A stretch of DNA of 60,815 nucleotides, the filler included, from Sphacelaria rigidula (lineage: Eukaryota), in the NCBI GenBank assembly GCA_964200075.2. It is 8 parts of 8 records of this genome, joined end to end, with 100 filler letters (N's around TTAATTAATTAA, not from the genome) between each part and the next. Parts side by side here need not be neighbours in the genome. Positions count along the whole stretch, not along the records: positions 45,688 to 53,201 come from CAXNAA020014557.1; positions 53,302 to 60,815 come from CAXNAA020014558.1; 6 more parts are not named here. One strand, given 5' to 3'. The notes beneath the pieces are model-generated. The model ran no database searches. It worked only from the letters and a program-made list of their open reading frames with translations, and was not told the DNA's origin. A program made the position numbers and the translations under genes. Shown here one piece after another: positions 49,545 through 60,815 of the stretch. Within the stretch, counting starts at the first letter, position 1; each line of letters begins with the position of its first letter.

Positions 49545-51404
49545 CTACCAATCGCACGGATAACGGTGTCAGGCATGGAGGGTCGGGGGTGGGGCGTGCT
49601 CAAGCGTTAAATAATCTTCGACTCCCACATTTCAGACGGAAATAAATATCATTACAAGGGGGGTGTACTCATGATCTTGCACGCTATAGTCACAAGACTA
49701 TTGACCTCGCATCCCTACAAAGGCGGAACGGAGCACGCTGGGGTTTCGCCGGATCAGACTCGCGATCAATCACAAAGCGCGCAGTTCGGCGAGTCGCATA
49801 AAGGGTGAGCTGCATCCTGCGAAGATTGTTGGGTCCAAAGCGTACTGATTATCTTGCATATGGATAACGGCCTCCAATTAGTTGCTTCATTTTCTGATAT
49901 GGTCACTTGCAGAGACAGCCACGGGTTCCACACTCTCATGGGTGTCTCACCAGGGCGGGGGGGCACAACGACGTTCGACACGGGGTACACTTTCGACATA
50001 CTTCGGGTGGTACATGTACATCGCATACGTCCAATGGATTAGCAGGTAAGGCATGACACTCTGAACACGTTTCTACTATTATTGCGGCGTGCTCGAACGG
50101 GAAAAAATGTTTGATTCCTGGATGATGATGGATTAACTGATTGGTCGATGATTGTCCCACGTTAACATTTACTGGCCCGCTACGAATGCAGCCATGGTCA
50201 TTAGATAGACGTGATACCCAAGGCAAGCGGCGGGAAAATACTCGCTACAGGAAACTTGAGAGCAGAGGGGGATCATGAAAAAGGACAAGAGAGAAGAAGT
50301 GCAATAAACTGAACGAGAGACAAATGTAAAGAAAAAAAACGAAGAAAAAGGTCGACAGCAAAAACAGATTCCGGCAACCGGCGGGTCCCGAGTAGGAGTT
50401 TACGTGCTCGTGCCGCAATATATGTACGGGGAAAAGTGGTGTTTTTATTTGATATTACTGCCGCAAGATGCACAGTTTACGTATTTATGCGTATATGTAC
50501 GTATATAGATGGAGGCTGAAGTTGGTTCATCAAAACACCTGCAAAAAATTCTGGCAAAAGACACGACCAGGTACACCCGGATCCTTGGTGAGTCAAAAAT
50601 AGGTACGGCATCAGTTGAGTACTTTTTCGAACGTTGTATATTCAACCCTCCGCCAATCCATATACCCTCCCCTTCTCCCTCCTTCAAATAATATCATAGT
50701 CTCAGATAATCAATCCATATACCTTCCCGGTACTTTTCTCTGGATCTCAAGTATCGAGCATTGGATTACCGTATGACCACTCCCGCAGCCCGTTGACGTT
50801 CTCCATCCACCTCCGAGTCATGCTATTACGGGGGAATGCTGTTACTAACAATAGGAGTATTACAAAATTAATGTACAGGATTGGAGGGACGCCAACAAGA
50901 AAAATTCACGAAATGGGCCTTAGTTTCTAGTGTGCATCACTTTTTTTTATTGATGGCCGCTGGCCGCTGACCGCAACGACCTTGCGGTTCATCCGAGCTA
51001 TCGTTTGTTGGAATCGATCCATGACCCATGAACGCTAGAGTTACGTACGTTCATGTATCCACTCGTACTATTGTAACAATGTTCCCCCGTACGACAGGAC
51101 GGGGGGGGAGGGGTTTTAGGGGCCATTTCCTCGACGAAATTCCACTTCAAATCGTCCTTGAAAGCAGCAACGGTTGTTCGAACGCACTTGTAACCGAAAA
51201 AAACACCTCATCACCCATTGATACTGCTTGATACCGTTTTTACCCCGATAGATACAAGCGCGCCGCGAGTGTGGTATTGTAGGTGGTCTGACACATCCAT
51301 GAGCCCTTTTTCTACGTGGAATATCCTCTCCTCTCCCTACCGTAGCATGAATACTCGCACCAGATGAAATCTTGTTCACGCTGCTATCTGCTATACTAAG
51401 GCCG

Positions 51405-51860
51405 GATGTTATGGCAAACAGATGTTCGGCCCACAGATTGTTCACTTTTGGGACGTTTGACCCACGCATTTGACCCCCAAACCAAGAAAGCCGCCAACAA
51501 GCGTCTCGGACACTTTGCATTACCTCACAGAGAGGAGCCTAGCCTGCTTTTCAGATTCCTTTGGCTCCGAGGTTTCGAGATGGGCTGCTTAACAAAAATC
51601 CGTGCGCAAAAATCTGTGCTTGCCGACCCCCGCCAGTTTGGGGATGTTATGGCACACAGATTTTTCGCCCACAGATTGTTCACTTTTGGGACGTTTGACC
51701 CACCTTTTGACCCCCAAACCAAGAAAGCCGCCAACACACGTCTCGGGACACTTGGCATCACCCCACAGAGAGGAGCCTTGTCTACTTTTCAGATTCCCTT
51801 GGCTCCGAGGTTTTGAGATTGGCCGCTGGACAAAAATTCGTGCGCAAAAATCTGTGCTTT
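51405..51860. repeat. Two-copy tandem repeat, period ~238 bp
   Basis: GATGTTATGGCA...CCCACAGATTGTTCACTTTTGGGACGTTTGACCCAC...CGTGCGCAAAAATCTGTGCTT at ~51405 and ~51643. Confidence 0.9.
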
Positions 51861-53201
51861 GACCCTTCTTGACCGTGCTTGGACAAAAATTCAGGTTTTG
51901 CCGAAATAAAAACTGCGGCCACTGGAAAACGCGAAGATGTCCTGGAACCGCTTAATCGAGAACAGCGAGTCATTCCAAGGTGTCAAACTCCGCCTAGCTC
52001 TCTTCTAGGCCGTAAAACGACGAAGAAGGACCAAAAAAGCACTTATACAGGGGTTGGTTTTAGTTTACTGTAAATTTACATCATCACCCACAATTTATTC
52101 ATAAGCAAAACCTCACGCCGATTTTGTAGTTAGACCCTGGAAGGTTACACACTTGTACTTCGGGTTATCCCAAAAAGTTGAAATTAAATCGTTGTCCGAG
52201 TTTTTTTCTTCTTTCACCGTTTTCCGGTAGTCCCAGAGTTCTCGGGGGGTCATGTGCGGCTTGGGATCCCCGAAGACCGTAAAAAAATCATCCATGAAGA
52301 GCTCTCTCGATGACCCGTAGTGCATGTGTACAATTTTTCAGAGTTTTACTCTGAAAAATGGCGTCCAGTTTTCACGCCTTTGTGCGGTGAAGTTTTTCGT
52401 GCCCGGTGTAAACTCCTAGCTACTTGATTTAAGCAGGAAAAATCTTCTTGCGGTATGTTGAACATTCAACGAGAAAATCCTGCATTTCGGGTCCGAGTTT
52501 CGCGACGAAACTTGTCACGTATTTCTTGGACTACTCCGGGACGCAGAACTTGATGATTTCCCTCTTTTTTTAGGCATTCTGTACCGGCTTCCGGGGTTCT
52601 TCGCAATGAGACCCCCGGAAGCCGGTACAGGGCGGAGAAATTTCGAAATGTTTTTCAACACTACATTTTTACATTGAGAATTCCGATACCCACCGAATTC
52701 AAACAGTCGGAGCTCGTCTACGACAGAGGCAAGTGAGACCGTCAGGAGCCTTCCTGGGTCTTTGGTGCCTTATGAACAGTGAAAATCCGACAACGCCAAA
52801 ACCCCACATCATCGACACATCACGGTTTTGCCTATAATTCGATCCCATTGTAACCGTTGTCACATATTTTTGCCGTTAGATTCGCGAGCTGATGGTTGCG
52901 ACGACTTGAAGCTGTGCAGAGATTGGGTAGAAATTGGGTTGGGAATTCTTATCTTCAAATTCAGAACAGTTTGCAGGGCACTGATTGATCGAGGTACCTT
53001 TTCACCCTTAGCGCCACCCCCACGGCCTTTGAACAAGACTTCGGCTATATTACCCTCTGCAGTTGCCCATGGCGGTCAGAACAGTACCATTGATTAATTT
53101 CGATTGGTTGTCGCACTTTAACTGACCCCCTGGTGACGCACCCGTGAGGCAGTGTATAAGCCGTGGCTGTCTCTGGAAGTGCCGATACCAGAAAATAAAG
53201 C

Positions 53202-53301
53202 NNNNNNNNNNNNNNNNNNNNNNNNNNNNNNNNNNNNNNNNNNNNTTAATTAATTAANNNNNNNNNNNNNNNNNNNNNNNNNNNNNNNNNNNNNNNNNNN
53301 N
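53202..53301. other. Artificial contig spacer
   Basis: N44-TTAATTAATTAA-N44. Confidence 0.97.
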
Positions 53302-53381
53302 CGAACATCAGGCGCTATATGGCCATTTTTTTCGTGACACTTTTAGCTGGTTTGGGGGGGGGGGCTATCGTAGAAAGTGTC
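53302..53381 (-). mobile_element. End of a GACACT-type MITE at the contig edge, abutting the satellite
   Basis: AACATCAGGCGCT...TTCGTGACACTTTT...GGGGCTATCGTAGAAAGTGTC matches the 25658 family. Confidence 0.85.
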
Positions 53382-56300
53382 GCAAAAGAGAAGCGAGAGC
53401 TGGGCGAGAAAAAAAAAGGGAACGGTGCGCGCGAATTGTTTTCCGTCGCGAGAAACGAGAAGTGTACAGATCGCCCGTGTGTTGCTATTGCACTCGGTAT
53501 AACAGCGCTTGACATCCGCTAGCTTGTTCGTGGCATCGGCGCTAGCTGAGCAGAGGAAACAGCTACAGCGAGCGATAAGCAAGCAAGCTGTTGTCGCAGT
53601 GGGCAGCATGCTGGACACGACCTATTGTGTGCATGGGTGTTTGCGGAATCGCTGGGCGGAAGAAGGAAGCGATTGCTGAAAGAGGAAAAATAAAGCGATC
53701 GGTGCGCGCAAATTGTTTTTCGTCGCGAGAAACGAAGAGTATAGATCGTTCGTGTGCTGCTGCTGCACTTGGTGTAACAGCGCTTGACATCAGCTAGCTG
53801 TTTCGTAGCATCAGCGCTAGCTGAGAAGAGAAAGCGGCTACGGCGAGCGATAACCAAGCTGGATGTTGCAGCAGTCGGCAACATGCTGTACACGATCGAT
53901 GGCGCATGGGTGTGAGCGCAATCGCTGGGCGCAAAGAGAAACGATCGGTGGGCGAGAAAAAAAAGGCGATCGGCGCGGGTGAACTGTTTCTCGCCGCGAG
54001 ACACAAGTACAGATCGCCCGTGTGCTGCTGTTGCACTTGGTGTAACAGCGCTTGACATCACCTAGCTTGCTCGTGGCATCGGCGCTGGCTGAGAAGAGGA
54101 GGCGGCTACGGAGAGCGATTACGAAGCAAGGTGTTGTCGCAATCGGCAGAATGCTGTGCACGATCGATGGTGCATGGGTGTGTGCGGAATCGCTACGCGA
54201 AAGAAGGAAGCGATTGCTGGAAGAGGAAAAATGAAAATGGTGCACGCAAATTGTTTTTCGTCGCGAGAAACGAAAACTGTTGCACTCAGGTGTAACAGCG
54301 CTTGACATAAGCTAGCTGTTTCGTAGCATCAGCGCTTCAGCGCTAGCTGAGAAAAGAAAGCAGCTACGGCGAGCGATAACCAAGCATAAGGTGTTGTCGC
54401 AGTCGGCAGCATGCTGTATACGATTGATGTTGCATGGGTGTGTGCACAATCACTTGGCGCGAAATAGAAGCAATCGCTGGGTGAGAAGAAGAAAAAAGCG
54501 AACGGTGCTCGCGGGTTATTTTTCGTCGGGAGAAACGAGAAGTATAAATATCGCCCGTATGCCGCTGTTGCACTCGGTGTAACAGCGCTTGACATCAGCT
54601 AACTGGTTCGTGGCATCGGGGCTAGCTGAGCAGAGGAAGTGGCTGCGGCGACTGATTACCAAGCAAGGTGTTCTCGCAGTCGGGAGCATGCTGTACACGA
54701 TCGATGGTGCATGGTTGTGTGCACAATCGCTGGGCGGAAAAAAGAAGCCATCGCTGGGTGAGGAAAAATAAAGTGGTCGGTGCGCGCAAATTGTTTTTCG
54801 TCGCGAGAAATGAAAAGTACAGATCGCTCGCGGGTTGCTGTTGCACTCGGTGCTCCAGCGCTTGACATCAGCTGGCTTGTTTGTAGCATTGGCGCTAGCT
54901 GAGCAGAGGAAGTGGCTGCGGCGAGCGATAACGAAGCAAGGTGTTCTCGCAGTCGGGAGCATGCTGTACACGATCGATGGTGGATGGTTGTGTGCACAAT
55001 CGCTGGGCGGAAAAAAGAAGCCATCGCTGTGGAGGGGAAAACGAAGCGATCGGTGCGCGCAAATTGTTTTTCGTCGCGAGAAATGAAAAGTACAGATCGC
55101 TCGTGGGTTGCTGTTGCACTTGGTGTTCCAGCGCTTGACATCAGCTAGCTTGTTGGTAGCATTGGCGCTAGCTGAGCAGAGGAAGTGGCTGCGGCGAGCG
55201 ATAACGAAGCAAGGTGTTCTCGCAGTCGGGAGCATGCTGTACACGATCGATGGTGCATGGATGTGTGCGCAATCGCCGGGCGCAGAAGAGAAACGATCGC
55301 TGCGGAGGGGAAAACGAAGCGACGGGTGCGCGCAAATTGTTTCTCGCCGCGAGAAACGACAGGTATAGATCGCTCGTGTGCTGCGGTTGCACGCGGTGTA
55401 ACAGCGCTTGACATCAGCTAGCTTGTTGGTAGCATGGGCGCTAGCTGAGAAGAGAAAGCGGCTACGGCGAGCGATAACCAAGCAAGCTGTTGCAGCAGTC
55501 GGCAACATGCATGCTGTACACGATCGATGGTGCATGGGTGTGTGCGCAATCGCTGGGCGCAAAATAGAAGCAAGCGATCGCTGGGCGACAAAAAAGGAAG
55601 AGCGGTGGGTGCGCTTCCGTCGCGGAGAAGCGAAAAGTACAAATCGCTCGTGTGCTGCTGCTGCACGCTGTGTAACAGCACTTGACATCAGCTAGCTTGC
55701 TTGTAGCATCGGCGCTAGCTGGATCGATGGCGCATGGATGTGTGCCAAATCGCTTAGCGAAAAAGAGGGGCGATCACTGGGCGAGAAAAAACGGAAGCGA
55801 TCGGTGCGCGCGAACTTTTCTTTGTCGCTATAATATAAACGAAAACTACAGACGATCGCTCGTGTGCTGCTGTTCCACTCACAATAGCGCTTGACATCAG
55901 CTAGCTTGTTGGTAGCATTGGCGCTAGCTGAGCAGAGGAAGTGGCCACGGCGAGCGAGAAACGAGCAAGGCGTTGCTGTCGGCAGCATACTGTACCTGAT
56001 CGTGGTGCATGGCTGTACGCAATCGCTGGGCAAAAAAAGCAGGAAGGGATACATGACACGTGAACGTGAACGTGACGTGAATCACGTTCGGAAAATGTAA
56101 CGTGACGTGAACGTGCCGTCTGGAAATTTAACGTGACGTGAACGTGATGTTAATCATCACGTTGGAAAAAATTCACGTGACGTTTCGTCATGTCACGTAA
56201 TATGTCACGTGACATTGTCACGTATCACGTATGATGTCACGTGACATTATCACGTGTCACGTATTATGTAACGTGACATTGACACGTGTCACGTTCGAAT

Positions 56301-57515
56301 TTAACGTTCATTCTATGCATATCGCGGCTCACACCAGGGTTGGAGGTGTTTTGACGTGTCGTGTAACGCATGAAGTCACCGTGTGCGTGGCACTGACGGT
56401 CGCCTATCGTATGTTTGATCGCAGGCGGGGTATTTGAGTGTATAACGCTTCTTTCTCTACAGTGTATCATGCATTCGTCCTTGACCGGATGAGTTTCCCT
56501 GACTTTTCACTGTCTCATTTCAAGTTTTCAAGATTCGAATGCTTGGTCATTCGCACGACAGCACATACTGTACATACAATAGTTCAATAGTTCGCGAACG
56601 AGATTGAACGCCGGCTTGACTCTTCCTGGCATTTCCGAGACAGAACTATGTCGGTATACCCTTGGCTCTACACATGTATGACAGGTTTACACCGCCAGGC
56701 AATCTACACATTTCTCTGGCTTGACAAGCTTTTGTTTCACTGTACACAGACTGATGGATTTTCCACTTTTCCATCAGATCAAACCGCCACGAAACCAGCC
56801 GTTGCGGTAGATGCTGCAGCTGGAGNNNNNNNNACCTGGTCCCTTGATATCTTGAAATGAATATCATGGTCGAGATGATTATCATGATGTTGTGGTGCTG
56901 TGCTGCGATGATGACTTGTAACGTCAGCTATGGGGCAGAGCGGCAGAGCGCGAACTTGCCGCCAGAGTATGTTCTATACCGTGGTCATTCAAACTCACAC
57001 GTGTATCTTGAAGCACAATCTTCAATCTTCTAGGACTTCAAATTTCATTGCAGCGTTGAAGTAAGTGTTCACCGCTTCATGTAACGTTTATGACGTATTA
57101 CGTAAGGTGTAACGTATTATGTGACGTTTCATGTCACGTGTCACATATAGTTCACGTGTCACGTATATTATACGTGACGCGTGACATGTCACGTTACACA
57201 ATATGTGATATGAACGTTTGGGCAATTGAACGTGACGTGACACGTGATGCGTGTCACGTTCGTGAAATATAACGTGACGTGAACGTGCCATCTGGAAATT
57301 GAACGTGAACGTGACGTGACGGCCAAAACGTCACGTTCACGTCACGTGTCACGCTGTGTCACGTGTCGCGTATCCCTCCCTGAAAAAAAGGAAGCGATCG
57401 CTGGGCGAAAAGAAAATAAAGCGATCGGTGCGCGCAAACTTTTTTCCGTCGCTAGAAACGATAAGAAAAGACTGCTCGTGTGCTGCTGCTGCACTCGGTA
57501 ACAGAGCTTGACAGC
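53382..57515. repeat. ~273-bp tandem satellite, about 10 units (53382-56039) plus the rest of one unit (57383-57515) after an inserted element
   Basis: Anchor CTTGACAT recurs near 53508, 53783, 54051, 54301, 54588, 54861, 55134, 55407, 55681 and 55890. Confidence 0.93.
56040..57382. mobile_element. Non-autonomous hAT-type DNA transposon (~1.34 kb, includes an 8-N gap) inserted in the satellite
   Basis: TIRs CAGGAAGGGATAC and GTATCCCTCCCTG, 8-bp TSD AAAAAAAG (56032-56039, 57383-57390), dense ACGTG subterminal repeats at both ends; the satellite unit resumes in register. Confidence 0.88.
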
Positions 57516-57906
57516 ATCTCACACACCCCACCACAGCGCGTGATTTTTCCGCCTTCTTTACCCTTCCTCCCGTTTATCTTCGTAACCACCGCCACTGCTG
57601 TTGCTGGTCCCGCCTGAAGTATATTACTTGACGTGATTCCCAGATTTTCGAGGCGGGTTTGCCCATATATTTGGCCCTCAAATGTATGGTTGAATGAACT
57701 CCGTTTCGGTCGAACGCGAGGTATAAGGCTGATCCGAACACCCCAAACCAAATCACATCAAGACCTTCGGGCTAGAGGGTTGCAGGAGGTAACCCGAGGT
57801 AAGAGTGCACTGGAGTAGCTTGAACCAACGCCTTAGGCGCCGATTCGAGCCAAAACGCGTCCTGGGAAAGCGGGGCGAACACCTAGGACTGTCTGGTATC
57901 AGTCAG

Positions 57907-58270
57907 TATGTGTGTGTGTGTATGTTGCCGTCCCATCTATTGTGGACGCCGGTCTACACCTCTCGGTATGTATGGGCGCACCAGCCGGGGTCACACAGGA
58001 GGAAGGTCAACACAGCAGTTTTTCTTTCTCATTTCTTTTGAGCACTCCACCCTCCTTCTGCGGTGCTTGCCTTTATTTTTACCGGGAGAAGGGTTCAGCG
58101 GTCCCTCCCCTCGTCGACCGTAAAGTCGAACTTTGCGTAATCACGACATAGTCGCTCTCCTCTGTTGGGCACTGTGTGGGGAGAAATCCCAGAGATCGCT
58201 CCGAGATTCGAACTCACGACCCAACCGTCGGAAGGTTTCGAGGTTGCCAACTGAGTCACAGGGGCGACCA
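57907..58270 (-). mobile_element. tRNA-derived SINE, family A
   Basis: Colinear with 11024-11388; minus-strand A box TGACTCAGTTGG, B box GAGTTCGAATC, (CA)n tail. Confidence 0.8.
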
Positions 58271-59423
58271 GGCTAGGTCTGAAAAACGACGTCTGCTTTC
58301 GACATCGGAATTAGGGCGGAGGGTTGACGCAAAACTCTACAAAATTTTCCTCGCAGTTGCCAAATAATTCATCAATCAACCAGGATACAGCAATGACGGC
58401 ACTTGTCGTGAAAACACAAACGAAAAAAAGGGGGGGGAAAGAGGTGCAGTGACAAATTGGAAACAGCAACACACACAACCGCGGTACTTTCGACACACGT
58501 AAAACTCCCAACTCTTATTTCACGACCAAAAAGACATGTGCGACATCATAGCGGAAAAATAATTGATGGCGAGAAACAACGATACTACAACATATGTGAA
58601 CTCAATCTCGTATTAACACGCAGCGGCTGTTTGTTTGCACCATATCGGGTCGCACTCTCAAGATTCATGATTTGGCATGCTGCCTAGTACTGTGCCACAT
58701 ACATAACTTACTAATGTGCGTCAAGTAAGAGCATCATGATCCCCCTATCCCCCACTCCAAAAATACACCCGAAAAAACTGCCACTGACCAATGAATCAGC
58801 GACAAAGACCAACATAAAACAGCACAAAATTGTTCAGCCAAGCGAAAACAAGCAACGCGTCGAACGTTTCCGTTCTCTACACGTCTGCTGTCCCCCCTCC
58901 CCCTTCCCTCCTCCCACCCCGTCGACTTGAGTAACTCGGTGCCGCCCTGTACACGGCAAAAGCACCGTCGTAAACGTTTGTGATCCCCCATGCATCCCGC
59001 TCTGCTTGCTGTTCTCCCGTGAACCTCACTTGGCGCGAACAAAACAAAAACAGCGTGCCCTCGTCACGGGTCAGTCCACGCAGAGAGAAAGGGAAAATAT
59101 TCGACTTGCCTTCCCGCTGTACTTCGATACACACACTACTGTACATATTTGCCTCCTATATACCAACAGCCCGCGCAGACTCCCGCTTGTCACAACAACG
59201 CTCGGCACCCGCCCGCAACCGCACCGTCTCAAGCGCCGCGAGCTTAGCTCGAGCAGCAACCCAACTTTTCGTTCCATGTGCTTAACGTGCAGGGACGATT
59301 TACAATAAATTAAATCATTCTCACCCACCGTCACCGCACTGTGTGCGGTTGCGACAAAAAAAGCTCACCAACGAAAGCTCCAGCTGAACAATCGAATCTC
59401 CCCTCTTCCCCCCATCACTCTAT

Positions 59424-60815
<1,392 letters not shown>

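Noticed and set aside
53343-56100. Long repetitive ORFs (up to 390 aa) in the satellite
   Set aside because: By-product of a 273-bp unit (a multiple of 3); indels shift frames between units and no domain is recognisable

Overview
Eukaryotic nuclear DNA. The intron-rich genes, GT-AG introns and repeat style suggest a brown alga (Ectocarpus-like); this is an inference. The window is not one locus. It is eight contigs of 7515, 7515, 7515, 7514, 7514, 7514, 7514 and 7514 bp joined by identical artificial 100-bp spacers (N44-TTAATTAATTAA-N44), so adjacency across spacers has no biological meaning. Host genes found are fragments of four spliced genes: an RNI/NLRC3-type LRR gene with one-repeat-per-exon 84-nt phase-2 exons, two ankyrin-repeat genes, and a GT8/glycogenin-like gene whose catalytic motifs look replaced. 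Repeats include two nests of LTR retroelements (Copia in Gypsy; Gypsy and MITEs in Copia), several MITE families with clear TIRs and TSDs, tRNA-derived SINEs, a 273-bp satellite interrupted by a hAT-type element, and mini/microsatellites. The most interesting signals are a Gypsy integrase ending in a chromodomain plus a second Tudor/Agenet-like module, two MITE families sharing RACACT termini and non-TTAA 4-bp TSDs, a candidate GT8 pseudo-enzyme, a tandem array of ~100-bp piggyBac-like units, and a Copia primer-binding site that resembles an anticodon-arm primer with a CGA anticodon.
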